A DNA stretch of 64,000 bases from Rhizodiscina lignyota (Eukaryota): contig ML978128.1 of assembly GCA_010015805.1 (NCBI GenBank), forward strand, positions 558,001 to 622,000, in the 5' to 3' direction. This document shows, piece after piece, positions 1 to 12,795 of this stretch (its first letter is position 1; the number at the start of each line of letters is the position of its first letter). Made by a program: the position numbers and the translations under genes. The notes under the pieces were generated by a model, which saw only the letters and a program-made list of their open reading frames with translations, did no database searches and was not told where the DNA came from.

Positions 1-216
1 TCTGCTTCCGCTGACGTGCCTGTCGAGAGACGACAAGCTCCGCCTTTGCTGGATTCTGTTCCCGCCAATGTGCCCGATGAAAGGGGCCAGGCTCCGACAC
101 TGCAGGACTCTCTTCCCGCCGTTGTGCCTGCGGAGAGAAGCCAAGCACTGACACCCTCGCACTCTGTTCCTGCCGATGTACCTGTGGAGAGGAGTCAAGT
201 TTTGACCGTGCCAACC
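1..216 (+). repeat. Degenerate 54-bp (18-aa) coding tandem repeat, at least 4 units
   Basis: SASADVPVERRQAPPLLD / SVPANVPDERGQAPTLQD / SLPAVVPAERSQALTPSH / SVPADVPVERSQVLTVPT, starting at 1, 55, 109 and 163. Confidence 0.85.
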
Positions 217-705
217 GCTGGTTCTAGTCACAATCAACCAGATCCAGAAGCCGACACCCGCGTCTCGCGAAAGAGGCCCAGGCCCAGCGACACCAATACA
301 AATACTGGTCCAGAACCACGCAGACAGCGCCGAGCAGTTGAACACAACGTTGAAGTTAACAAGCCGCAGAATAACAACCGTCAAGTTATTGCAACTCCTG
401 GCACTCGCGAGAATGGTGCGCGAGCAACATCCACCCCAACTGTTGGAGGCAGCAACTTCGAAATCGAAGACGAGGAAGACCTACACAGGGCACTGCGCCT
501 GAAGACGCTGGATCAAGACAAGATCATACTGGAGCAGCAGAAAGGCAGACGTGCGCAGATAATCGAGGAGATTGGCCAGACGAACGATACGCTCCAGCAG
601 CGGAGAATCGACATCGAGAAGGAGAAAGTGAAGATCTACCAGTTGTTCAAAGCGAAGCAAAAGGCGAAGCGTGCTGCCAATGCGCAGGCTTTGGTGTTTG
701 CATAA
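1..705 (+). CDS. Partial (5'-truncated) hypothetical protein with 18-aa tandem repeats and a C-terminal coiled-coil-like segment; may continue past the stop
   Basis: Frame is open from base 1. Four SxPAxVPxERxQ repeats, basic NLS-like patches (RKRPR, RRQRR) and a charged heptad-like C-terminus. No recognisable family. Confidence 0.55.
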   Translation, partial: SASADVPVERRQAPPLLDSVPANVPDERGQAPTLQDSLPAVVPAERSQALTPSHSVPADVPVERSQVLTVPTAGSSHNQPDPEADTRVSRKRPRPSDTNTNTGPEPRRQRRAVEHNVEVNKPQNNNRQVIATPGTRENGARATSTPTVGGSNFEIEDEEDLHRALRLKTLDQDKIILEQQKGRRAQIIEEIGQTNDTLQQRRIDIEKEKVKIYQLFKAKQKAKRAANAQALVFA

Positions 706-1593
706 ACGACCCTCCCTTTTTGGCAGAAAGGACAATACTTTCCGAAAGTCGACCAGATTGTTTTGGAGCAGTTGACGGGATTTAGGCGATGGACTGACAA
801 CTTGCGGTTGAAACACAGATACTACCACAAGAAGGACGAAGAAATGTGCTTCCGGGCAATTGGGTGAATGGTTTTGGAGCAGCTTGCTGCCCTCGGGGAG
901 TAAACTGGACGACTTAGTGGATATGGCCAATTGCTTGGGTTTCACCTAAACAAGAAATGCAAGTATTTAGATGTGGGGTAGGAACTGACTCAAATGGATC
1001 TTTTGCTGGTTGGCTAATAGTACTTCCCATAGAGAGGCTTTCTTCACTCATGCTTGCATATATTTGGTCAGGTACAAGGCATCTGGAAAATGTATCAAAT
1101 ATACTCAGGCAGTTGGTACAAAAGGGCTTGAGAATGTTGACTTTATTCAAATTTGCGTTCTCAAATGTGCTGTGACAATAGCTAACCCAAATTGCACTGT
1201 GTTGCCAAGCTTCAGTTCGCTATTAGCAGAAGCGTCAAACATCAATTCGCGTGTGTTTACCGAGCTTCAATTCACTGGAGCCAGAAAAATCAAATACCGC
1301 TTGCTGCATGTTTGCTGAGCTGCGATTCGCTCAAGCTAGAATCCTCAACGCTTATTGTCTGCGTGCGTATCAAGCGTCAACTAGCTGATGTCGGGCGAAT
1401 TGAACAGTAACTCTCATATATTTACAGAGCGTCGATATATCTGTTTCCGGGGTCCGCTCAGACGACACCAGGAGACTTAGCGAGATATCACTATTTCCAG
1501 ATCGAGTTAGCAATGATGTTTTCACAGTATACAATCAAACACCTTCTTATCACTATCTCCTAAAGACAGCCTGGGTATTCCGATCTCCAGCTA

Positions 1594-1671
1594 TGTTTAC
1601 AGCTTCAATCCGTCTACGCCAGACGCGTTAAGCACGCGTTTTCACGTGTTGCTCGAGCAATGATGTAAACA
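1594..1671. promoter_or_regulatory. Cluster of MCB-like (ACGCGT x2), E-box (CACGTG) and forkhead-like (GTAAACA x2) motifs
   Basis: ACGCGT at 1623 and 1634, CACGTG at 1643, TGTTTAC at 1594 and GTAAACA at 1665. Target gene is unclear. Confidence 0.3.
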
Positions 1672-1970
1672 AACCTAGAGTTCGCTCATGTGCCTTGAGA
1701 CGACTTGGGAATTTATCACATGACGTAAATGGCACACTGTTCGTGAGAAAGACGCGGTAAAATTGAAACTTTTATTGGTACAGGTCATGCTATGCTTGAT
1801 CAATGGGTATCAAACCCCGAAACGCCGTCAAAAACCCACCCCCACCCCACCCAGGACCGGCCACCCCATCCGTCATCCAGACATTTTGATTGCTCGTGCA
1901 ATCACTTCGCCGCCGAGAGCTCATTTGTCGGTCGCATTAGAATCTGTATCTAAGAGAGCCTATAAGATGG

Positions 1971-2897
1971 TTATCCAGTTCCAACAGCGTTGTCAGGGTC
2001 AGGGAAGGAATAACCTCGTGTGAAGAAGTCGGTCGGTTTCGCCTGCGGCTTCCTAGCCTCCTTCGAGAACAACTTCTCCAGGTTCTCGTTCGGCTCGGCC
2101 TTGCGCTTCTTCTCGCGCTTCTTCTCCTCTTCTCGGACGACCTTCATGATCGCCTCCGCCGATGCACTGTTGATCATCGGCTTCTTCTCAGGCATCGTGG
2201 GCGGGTTGGCCTTCTTCTTCTTGTCTGTAGTTGTGTCGACGTCTCCCTCATTCGCTTCCGCGCCCTTATTGCGCTTCTTGGACTTCTTGGCAGGCTTGAG
2301 AGAATGAGTCAGGCCCTTTTCCCTGAGCGTCTTGATGCGGAGCTGCAGTCTTGCAATGTCGGTTTCGTCCGTCGGAATGATTGGGATGACGTCATTAGGC
2401 GCGAATGCCTCCTCGCACTGCCAACACTTCTCGCTGGGTATTTCCTTGAGCACAGTCGTAGAGAAGGCGTGGCCGCAAGGGACAAGGTAAACACCCTTAT
2501 GTCCGGCACCAAGAGGCTTGCCCGTGATTGGGCACACCCAGCGCTCAGATTTTCCGACCTCCTTCTTTCCTGGCTTGCCTGCCTCGACCTCAAGCTTCAC
2601 GTCCACGAGATCCTTCAATCCCTTGACATTGCCTGCCAGAACACGCTCAGCGTGGATCCTTCGCGAATCATCTTCCTTCAGGATGAGAAGCTCCAGTAAG
2701 TCCTGCTTGTTGTACAGCTTGCCCGTGCAGTCAGAGGTGATCGGTCGCTCAAGAGGCTTGTTCGAAATCGGATCAGTCGTCCAGCCGTACTCTTGCTTCT
2801 CGAGAAGTTGCTCTTTGAGCTGTGAGGTTGTGGGAAGTTTCGCCGCTTCTTTGACAAGCTCGCGGCGCGTTGGGATGCTGCCACCGTCGTTGCCCAT
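1971..2897 (-). CDS. rtf2: Replication termination factor 2 (Rtf2/DUF602) RING-like protein
   Basis: Family-diagnostic N-terminus MGNDGGSIPTRRELVK (ATG at 2897), then CPITGK...VPCGH...CWQC and a Lys-rich tail. Intronless. Confidence 0.92.
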   Translation of the reverse strand: MGNDGGSIPTRRELVKEAAKLPTTSQLKEQLLEKQEYGWTTDPISNKPLERPITSDCTGKLYNKQDLLELLILKEDDSRRIHAERVLAGNVKGLKDLVDVKLEVEAGKPGKKEVGKSERWVCPITGKPLGAGHKGVYLVPCGHAFSTTVLKEIPSEKCWQCEEAFAPNDVIPIIPTDETDIARLQLRIKTLREKGLTHSLKPAKKSKKRNKGAEANEGDVDTTTDKKKKANPPTMPEKKPMINSASAEAIMKVVREEEKKREKKRKAEPNENLEKLFSKEARKPQAKPTDFFTRGYSFPDPDNAVGTG

Positions 2898-4788
2898 GAT
2901 GGATGGTAGTGTAGGTTGTGTTTGATGGGGCAATGTCGCGGTAGCTGAGAGGTTGTGAGGTTGTTGTTGGAGTTCAGATCTCTGGGCACAATTTAAAGAT
3001 CAAAAGTGGGGCCGGTTAAACTCCGGGATCTGCGGAAACAACCGTTTGGAGCTTCGAGTGCACGTGGAAAACAGTCTACACCCAATTTGAACATGCTCTA
3101 ATGCACGAGGCTCTAACTGGATCCGGTACTGTGCATGTCGAAGTGAGGACATATTCGGCAGAGACCTCGTCCACCACCAAACTCCATGGCTGCGGATTTC
3201 CTCTTACGAACTGAGATAATCATATGAACTCTTGTATCACATAATGCTCGAACGCTCCTGTGATGACAGATGGGCCCTCGTGATTAAAAAGACCAGATCG
3301 ATGACGATTCCATGCCGCAAAAGTTTTGTCCAGGCTCACGATTCAAATTGTCAGGTGATAATGTGCACAGGAATGTCGACTGTGAACCATGCAAGTTAGA
3401 CCTTTACAGCAAACAAACCGGCATTTACCGCAGTCGTACGATATCATGAGAGTACCTCTGGGAACCATAAAAGTCCAGTTTAGTCTATCGGATGGGCATT
3501 ACCACTATGACCACAATCGCGGGCTAGGGCTGACTATGTGTCTGTGTAACCCTTCCTGAAGAAGCTCCTGGATTCATCTGCATCGCTCGGAGCTTTCGGA
3601 AAGGCGACATGAGTGACCTTCGGCGCTCTTGATATCCCAGTCGCTCTGGCGCTACCTTACTCTACTTACCTACCGAGTACGCGCTAGACCCCGTCTTTTT
3701 CGTGAGATTAGATGTTAGATCTAGCGCGCCCTGCGAAACGTCGATTTCAGGTCGAGCTGAACCGACGGTCTTCGCGGGCTGTGGCTGCGGAGTGGCTAGA
3801 GGCGGCTCTAAACCGAAGCATGCCTCCAAGCATACATAGCTGAATTTCTTCAGAAGCATTTGTGTCCAAGCTCTTCTGGCCGTTTCCCTTCGAGACAGTG
3901 AGTTCCACAGGTCTTGGCTTCGATTTGGGGGACGCCGTCTCAAACGTGGGTATCGGACACTACGCATGCAACGTGGCGACCGCGAATGAACGCATGATCC
4001 GCTCCGCACCTCAAGCAAATCATCCGCGCCATCGCCGATCAAGCTGCATGGGTGTCTCTGACGAGCAAAACCCAGGTCATTCCCGGACAAACGAACGACT
4101 TAGCATGTTGCCCTGCGGGCAGGAGATCAAGTCTATGCGTCGTGCACTTTTTGCGCCCTCGGGGACCCGCTTACACGATCCAAACCGAAGCTTTGAGCTT
4201 CGCGTGATTCCATTTCAGTTGTTTCATTCCCTTTCGTTACTTTACTCACTGGATTTGATGTGCCGAATTCTAACTATCACACATGGAGGTCAAGGATCTT
4301 ATCCGTCAACGTCATAAGCACACCACCTCTTCACGAAACGAGACCATTAGCACGGCGGCAGCATAAGCTACGATATCCGACCTCGCCAGCCTAGTATCGT
4401 GACCGGCCACTCTCCATTATTTCATCCTCAGCTTCGACACTCCACGCCTTGTTCATCTCTCCTCCTTTCCCCGCGTTACGGATGTGGCCGTCATCTCAAT
4501 CCTGCGCTACCTTCACGAGAGTGACATCTTCGCGCGGTCATCTCGTCTCTTTAGCAACAATACGATCAATCTCCTACCCTTCCTACGAAACCGCCGCAGA
4601 ATCACTTCAATATCTATTATTGCCGAAACGGATTGGACGACCTTCATCGTAAGCTCGAAGCCGACACATTCCGAGGAGGATACATTAAACTTGCTGGATG
4701 AAAGTGGCCGATGCTGGAGGATTGCCTATTCGCTCCTGGTGAAGGGCCTTCCTCAGAGAAACGCGCGCCACTTGGCAATAGACTCTCC

Positions 4789-6569
4789 ATGAGCGACAAT
4801 GGAGTCGTTTTAGGGCTTGAGGGTCGCGTGGGCCTGTCTGCTCACGAGGACGCAAGAGCTCTAGTTCGCCTGATACAATGCTCTCAATGCTCTCGACCGC
4901 TTCGAACGCCGGTCACACTTCCGTGTGGACACTCAGTGTGTCGCGACTGCTTGCCGCAACCACATCAGCGAGAGAACATTTCGTATCCGGATACGCCAGA
5001 CAGGCAGACGGGAGTTCGATGTCCAGTCCGATTATGTGAACAGGAGCATCCCGTGGGCGAAGTCAATGTCGATGTTACTTTGGCAAAGATTATGGAGCTG
5101 GTGTGCACGATGGTTGACAAGGCACGGACAAATGCGGAACTCTGTCCCACGCTGGTAACGGAGTTGCTTGCGAAAGATGATTTGCTCTCTGAGAAAGAAT
5201 CCGAAACAGAGAAAATGGATGAAGGGCGCTCGAATACTTTCTATGGTGGACGATTATTGTCTACCTTCACCATGGCCGAGTTAGGGGAACTCGACTTCCG
5301 CGCTGACGTACGATATGAAAGTCTCTCGGACAACGAGGATCAGTATCGACAATTGGACCTTGAATTGTTGGAAGAGATTCGGGAGACAACTCAAAAGGAG
5401 CTTGATTGTCAAATCTGCTACAATGCAATGCTCGATCCGGTCACCACTTCCTGCGGTCACACTTTCTGTCGGCGATGTCTCACGCGAGTTCTGGACCATT
5501 CAAGCTACTGCCCTGCCTGCCGCAGATCACTACCAATACCGCCGTCATTATCGCAGCAACAAAGCAACGAACGCATTAAGTCCCTGCTGAACAACCTTTG
5601 CCCAGAGACAATTGCGGCCCGCGCGGAAGCTGTGGCGCTTGAGGAAAGCAGCGGCATCGGCGAGCTCAATGTGTCCCTCTTCGTCTGCACATTATCTTTT
5701 CCTCAGATGCCTACGTTTCTTCATATCTTCGAGCCACGGTATCGACTGATGATTCGGCGAGCAGCTGAAAGCAATAGACAGTTTGGCATGCTCATGTACA
5801 ATAGATCCCGTACCTCTCAAGGCGATCTTGGGGTGACGGACTATTGCATGTACGGCACAATGCTTCATATACAGCATCTACAAATGCTACCTGATGGCAG
5901 AAGTATCATTGAGACACGTGGCTTGCACAGATTCAAGGTTTTAGAAACAGGGATGCGAGATGGATACATAGTGGGTCGCATTGAAAGAGTTGAGGATGTC
6001 AGCTTGGCGGAGGAAGAGAGACTTGAGGCGGAAGAAATACGAGTACACACGCAACCGCCTGATAGTCCCATGGAACCGGAATCAAACGAATCAAGCAATG
6101 GCAATGGGAGATCAAATAATAACAGGCCCGATGTCGATAGCCTGACCACGAGACAGTTGCTGGAAAGAGCAATGGACTTCATCGTCGAGATGAGGGGGAA
6201 CAGTGCTCCTTGGCTTCACCAACGCATTCTCGATGCCTACGGCGAGCCTCCAACGGACCCCGCAAACTTCCCCTACTGGTTTGCGAGCGTTCTTCCGATT
6301 GCTGATGAGCAGAAATATCTGCTCCTTACTACCACAAGCGTCAGACAAAGACTCAAGATTGTTGTAGGGTGGATTCGGAGGCTGGAGGACCAGAGATGGT
6401 GAGTCCTTCCTATTCAAGAGCACATTGTACCAAAATTGTTAGTATCTTTGACTAGCCTTTAAATGCACTGTTTCTCGATGTCATCATTTTCATTTGTTGG
6501 GGTATGATTGGGCTGATCAGAGTGCGTCTGGCTGACAGGTACTCTGCAAGCAATTGTACAGTTCTCTAA
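4789..6569 (+). CDS. LON peptidase N-terminal domain and double RING-finger protein (LONRF/CrgA-like putative E3 ligase)
   Basis: Two C3HC4 RINGs (CSQC..CGHSVCRDC..CPV; CQIC..CGHTFCRRC..CPAC) and a LON-N domain (FPQMPTFLHIFEPRYRLMIRR). Start at 4789 or 4711. Intron 6399-6538 (GTGAGT..GCTGACAG) leads to the last exon WYSASNCTVL*. Confidence 0.9.
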
Positions 6570-7723
6570 GCTCTCTTCCTCCTCTATTTCGTCAATCCTT
6601 GGCCATGGTGTGCGTTCTCATTGCATTGTACATCGCGTCAGCGCTCTAAGCATTTGCTTCCGCGCTCATAGAAGGAGAACATACGGCTCAACGAAGCACA
6701 AAGCTAGGTTTCGAATGGGACTCTTCGGCTAGTGGATTTACTAGAGATCTCAATCGCTATTTCTATACGATCACGACCGACGAGACACGAATGCGGCCAT
6801 ATGAGGGAAACGATAGGGGATTTTGTATCAGTGGACAGTAAACGTACATAGAGGCAAGGAAGTCTCCGAAGCACAAAGATGGCAGGATCCACATAGATCC
6901 TAAGCAACAAAAGGACTACAACGGCCTGTATTTGCATTGAGGGTTGGAGCGATCTGTAGCATTGGGCGGCGCCGTCGAGGATGAGGTTCTCATGGAACGG
7001 CTGCTCAGCTGACTTTGTATATTGTATTTTCCATGTCAATAGAATTCCAACTTCTAAAGACAACCTACATACAACTTCGCTATCTCTTGCTGACCCTATA
7101 AGATGATTGGGATTCCTTTGGTAGAATCCCCGTTGGAGCCTTGGCCCTTATAACAAAACAATTGAACAGTAGATTGCGGCCTTGACGTTTCTCATGATCC
7201 CTGACCCTCATCAATGCCCCCACCTGAACACAATCTGGTCTCAAGTGTTAAGATAGTTGGCGAACACATTTGTCCAACGGTGACGTGCATCATTCATGCT
7301 GATCTCCTTCATCAGGCAAGGATTTGGCCGTTAACGGTAACGGGGGCGGCGCCTCTCACAATCAATTGGCTTGGCACGGGAGTACGAGCTTTGAAACAGC
7401 AAATAATTACTCGACCAGAAGCTTCTCCCACAAAGAAACAGAACTCTGATCGAAGTTTCGGGTACCTGACTTGCGGAACTCAAGACATTTACCGACCGTG
7501 ATTGCTTGTGAGCTGTCGAACCAGCCACCTACGTCCTCTCCTTCGCCGCATACACTCGGTTTCCAGCGCATTACGAAGCAGACCTCGGACTTCGACGAAC
7601 ACTACGTGAGTTGCTCTATGCAAACTCGCATAGGCTATCGTCCACATGATCGAACGATACCGACCATTTACTCTTACAATCGGGAGATGAAGGTTTGCGG
7701 CGTGGGGTTGATGTTGGCCGCTC

Positions 7724-10700
7724 ATGACAACCCCGCGAGTAGTGATACCCTCCTCGACGGCACAGTCGCAAATGTCTGTGCAAGTTGATACCCCCTCGAC
7801 CGTCGAGAGCCAGAACACGCTGGTACCACCCTCGAGAAGAGATGGCAGGGCACTTTCCGCAACCAACATCCCCTTCCCTCCAAGAGGTACATCTTATGGC
7901 GCTTCAGGACCTCCGCCGGGGAGCTTTAGCTCTGACATGCGGTCTATAATGTCAAGAACGGAAACACCACGACCGGATTTCAGCACACATACAAGCTACA
8001 ATGACGAAGACGCGCGAACGACGTCGGAGCAGAGGCAGGCGGAGCTGAGGGACAAGATTGACAAGGAGATCAAGATCAAGATTGGATCTGAGAATCTGCT
8101 GGAGGCGCTGAATTCGAAGAGCGCAAAGCAGTCGAAGGATCAAAAGTTCCGCGTTGAGCAAGAATTGAATGCCTCGAATCGGAAGCTTGCTCAACTGAAG
8201 CTTGATCTAGAAGCCGAGTCGTTACGGGGGAAGGCTACACAAAACAATGAGGGCAGCAGATTGTCATACCTTTTTAGAGGTCCGCCCGGGAGGCCCCCAT
8301 CACGACAAGCACTCATGGATGGTGAGTCCGAAGAGCCAGAGGCGGAGACTGAGTCACCTACGTACGTCCTTGCAGAGATACTACAAGCATTGGAAGCGGA
8401 AGGTATGCCGCCAGGTCACTATGTCAACAACGCAAATAAGCTCGTGGACCTCTTCAAACGACATCCAACGCTCAAATACGACTTGACATGGTCGATATTC
8501 GGCCTAAGGATACAAACAATATTGCTCAGCGATAGTCGGGAAGTAGTTGCAGCTGGATATCGGATGATGAGGACCGCCATCACAGATCGCAAATCCCTGC
8601 AGACAATTCGGTCTCTGCATACCGACTACTTGGTCATCCTCTCTTTGGTCAAGGAGAACAAGGCCAACGTGGAGCGCGAACAGGCTTTGAAATTCGTTCG
8701 AGCCTTCCTCGATGTCAAGGATGGTGTGCTTGAGATCTCACGAGCAATTGTGCGCATTCTCGTTGCAATTGCGGAGCAGGGTGAAGATAAGCTGAGAAAC
8801 ATATCCATACTTACATTATCCGAAATCCTCGTGTTAGATCCTACACTAGTAGTTTCTGCAGGCGGAATCGGTACATTGACCGATGCCCTGGGAGATGGGA
8901 GCTATCATTCCGCACAGAGTCTTTCGAGTGCCTTCCTCTACCTTGTGGATGTTCCCAGCAGGCGGCAATTCCTCAAGTCGGGACAAGAGCTTACAATGCC
9001 CTTTACGGCATTCACAGAATCCCCTGTCGGACATGTTCATGAAGGGCGTCTGAAGTCTAACGCAAAAGTAATTGCGACGCTGCTGAAAAGCTGGCAAGGA
9101 CTCATTACACTCTCGATGAACGACTTCTTGGCCATTCGATCATTAATGTCCTCGCTTTACATACCCATAGAAGAGGTACGAGACGTACTGCTAGATCTCT
9201 TGATCAACATTCTCGGGATCCGACCGCCGTCCTGGGGCTCATCATACCTCGCCGGAAGGCGTCTCACGACATATGCCAGAGTGCCCAATTTGAAGATCCA
9301 AGCTGCTGCTGGCGCATCAGCGGCTCCCGTTGCTGATTCCGACGATCGCATGGATTTAGTAGAACACTTTACTGCCGTCGTCCTTGGGTCTTTGCTCCAT
9401 GCTGGATTACTGGAGGCGCTTCTGTATGCAGAAGAAGACCCACTAAGCGAATTGCTCAAACGCAAGGTGACATTAGTGCTTGGCGAAGTTTTGCGTCTTT
9501 CAAATGAACTTCTGCCGTCGTCTTGGAGCTACAAACTGCAGGTTCTTCCGAATCTCCTGAAAACAGCGACAAGTTTCAGACAAGAAGTACGATTCGTAGC
9601 GACGGGGACAATCTACCAAGTCGACAGTGTGAATCGGACTCTATACCGCTCAACGTCGACCGCCGTACACCATTCGAGGCCTACCATCGGTGTCCCAGGA
9701 AAGTCGAAATCATCGGAGACGGCGAAGGCGCAATGGGGCCCAAATATGGATGAGGCAACCTTCAGAGGGCTACTGCTCAACACTGAAGTGCTGCAGTCGA
9801 CAAAGTACACTAAGTGGAAGTGGACTTACGTTCAGCAGATCGTTGAGGGCCCGCTTCTGAATCCAAAACGTCTTGAGGAGGCAACGAAAGGGATGAAATG
9901 GGTTCAGAGGCTGCTCAGCTTCTACCAACCATTTAAGCGTCGCTTCTGCGACGTAAGAAATACAAAACCAAATCAGAGATACACGAGGATTGGCTGCGCG
10001 CTTCTCACCACACTCTTGCAGAATCCCGAAGGCATCAAGATGCTTGCCGAGAGCAAATTAATCAGGCAGCTCGGCGAGTGTCTTTCTATCTACGATCGTG
10101 CTAGTGGTCTGTCTTCCACAGACCCTCTCTTTACGCCAGAGCGCATGATGGACACCCTGGATGCTGGATACTTTGCTCTTTTGGGTACGCTTACCAAAGA
10201 CGAGAAAGGCATTCAGATTCTGGAAAGATGGAGATACTTCAACATTCTGTACCATTTGGTAGAAGTGCCTGGCCGAGACGACCTTGTGATGACGTTGTTG
10301 AACAATCTGGACTACACCCTCGACACGCACTGCCGGATCCTCCTCTCGAAATCGATGACTTCATGTTCGAAGGAGGTCCGCATATTCAGTACTCGGCTGT
10401 TGAGGAAATATGCAACGCAGACATTGTCATCTACCTCCGATGATGTCAGTTCTTCAACGGCAGAGTGGGCGATCAAGCTGCTTGCTACACAGCTGTACGA
10501 TCCAGAGATTGAAGTTAGCGAAGCCGCAGTCAAGATCTTGGAAGAAGCGAGCAACCAGAAACACTCCCTCGAATACATTGTCAAATGCCGACCGTCACTG
10601 GATCACCTGGGCGAGATTGGTGCGCCACTGCTACTTAGATTCTTGTCGACGAGCGTGGGATACCATTATCTTGATGGCCTGGACTACATTTCCAGGGAGA

Positions 10701-11857
10701 TGGACGATTGGTTCTTGGGCCGCAATGACAGTTACGTTCAAACAGTTGAAGCATCGCTTCAGCGTGCAATGTCCGACTTCTCAGAAAAGTCGAACCCGAA
10801 AATGCCAACTACTGGTGTGGACGAGACGCTCGAGGTGCAAGATTATGGTCTCGTGCCTACTCACTTCTACCGCGAGCTCGCTCGCACAAAGGAGGGTTGC
10901 AGGCTGCTCGAAGAAAAGGGCCATTTCGACGAGTTCGTCACAACGATTCGAGACTACGAAATGGGTGATGACGATGCGGAGACAATTATCAAAGTCAAAG
11001 GATGTCTCTGGGCTGTTGGGAATGTCGGCTCAATGGAGCTTGGTGCGCCCTTCTTGGAGAAGTCTGATATCATCAAAGATATTGTCAAAATTGCCGAGGA
11101 GTGCACGGTGATGAGCCTCCGAGGCACTGCTGTGTTCGTTCTTGGCTTGATCAGTCGAAGTCTGCACGGCCAGGAAATCCTGTACGAGTATGGCTGGGAC
11201 GGAACAGTCAATATTAGGGGCGAGAGCATGGGCTTGTGTGTGCCGCTGCAGTTCGATAAGCTCTTCTCGGTAGGTACTCTGTTCTCATGCTGTCTCTGCC
11301 GGACGCTAATCTTACATTAGATCCAGCCATGGTTCCCTCCACATTCCCGCACTAGGTTTGCCACACACATGCCGCCTACCATCTCCGCTCCTCGTTCTCA
11401 GCGCTCAGATACCAAAACATCCGCTACTTCAGGAGGAACGACAAACTCCGAAGTACTCGATCCCGATCCGATTACCTCGCGAATATTGCGTCTGGTTACC
11501 GACCTAGGCAATACTGTACTGGCAAAACGTGCAGCAGGCGACCTGCATACCATCAAAGCCAAGAAGCCACCCCAGTTTCAGGATGCAGAAGTCTTCAAGA
11601 AGGTTATGCGAATCCTAGAGCGACACCACTTCCGATTACCGGTGTGCCGCTTCGTCATCGACCTATTCGACCGGCGCGTCTTGAGAAAAGTCGTCCTTGA
11701 GGAGGACGATGACGACAGCAGCGAAGTAAGTCCCATATCCCCCACCGAGAGCAGAGCACGCACTCTCACCGAGAGCTCTACCGGAACCAGAGGAAGCGCA
11801 AAGTTCAGCGCGCGAGGGGAGATAGGAAGCGACAGCGATGATGATGATGGAGGATGA
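7724..11857 (+). CDS. avo3: TORC2 subunit Rictor (Avo3 / S. pombe Ste20 / pianissimo)
   Basis: N-terminal HR1 domain (KEIKIKIGSENLLEAL) and Rictor motifs EREQALKFVRAF, LATQLYDP and LWAVGNVGS..SLRGTA. Intron 11270-11320 joins the two ORFs in frame. Exact start is uncertain. Confidence 0.93.
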
Positions 11858-12303
11858 GAGCAGCGTCCGCCAGCATCCTGCAAAAGTTTTCTGCTCGGCG
11901 TTTGTGGCGTTGGTGTTTTCATGTTGAGAAAATCCTGGTCTGGGGACCATTGTCGGTGGTACATCTAAGGTCTCACACTGTCGGATGGCGAGTTGGAGCA
12001 TCGGTCAGCATGATGCCCTGCTCTTGACATGTAAAGCATAGCGTCGAGATTCTGTATGTTCCTGTAGCATTTATTAGCCACCCTTGAAAGTAACAATTGC
12101 TCTTTCCATCTCGGTGCGAAATTTCCAAGTGATGTTCTTCCAACGGGTGCCTTCTATTGCTCGACAGTCGATGTGCGCTAGAGCAGAGGCTCGATCACTG
12201 AGTCTGGCGTGGTGAGTGAGGTCAAGATCTTATTAGAAGAAAACTCCTTCGACCCCGTCGGTGCAAAGATTCAGAAGACTGCTACGACCCAGGTCTATCC
12301 TCT

Positions 12304-12795
12304 TCGGACTATGCCGGACTATTGCCCAGGAATGGACTGGAACTGGAAAAGGCTGTCTTACGTCGCCTCCTTGGCAAGATTTTAGAAGTCATTCGATTAC
12401 AGTGGAGCCGCTCTTCCATTATGCTCGAGCATTTCAGCGTGAGGGCTGAGACATGACAAGCGCTCTTTCAAAGGCCGGCTCTTATCCTTGGTATCCTGTG
12501 TTGTCGATGCTAGTCATTCGTCAAATGCCCCGCAGCATGTTGTGGAGCCTCTTGGAGTCCAACAAATAAGATCTACTCTTGGTGGAAGTGTAGCATACAG
12601 TTCGCAGCACGTGAGAATCCTAAAGGCGGTTTGCGATCAGAACACTTATAAGAATCCCTACAACTGACAGAAACCATTCTGTCGAGCTATTAGTATCCGG
12701 ATCACCGGCTGCTCCTAAAATCTTATGCACGGACAAGATTTGATGGCTTACAACGGTTTTTTCATGGCACGACGCCCCCCATCGGTGGCCTCCGC
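12304..12795. promoter_or_regulatory. Two CGG-N6-CCG sites (UaY/Ppr1-like) upstream of uricase
   Basis: TCGG-actatg-CCGG at 12304-12317 and TCGG-tggcct-CCGC at 12782-12795. The A. nidulans UaY consensus is TCGG-N6-CCGA. GATAAG/CTTATC (AreA-type) motifs occur at 12481 and 13041. Confidence 0.45.

Noticed and set aside
3205..3260. CTGAGA...GAAC...TAATGC resembling a TPP riboswitch core
   Set aside because: It lacks the ATACC, GATC and GCG-AGG elements and the pairing, and no thiamine gene is adjacent.
3662..4317. Overlapping ORFs and a 9-bp hairpin (3680-3728) between rtf2 and the RING/LON-N gene
   Set aside because: The ORFs have non-ATG starts and no protein-like features. ACTTACC is not followed by U1 snRNA sequence, and one hairpin is not enough evidence.
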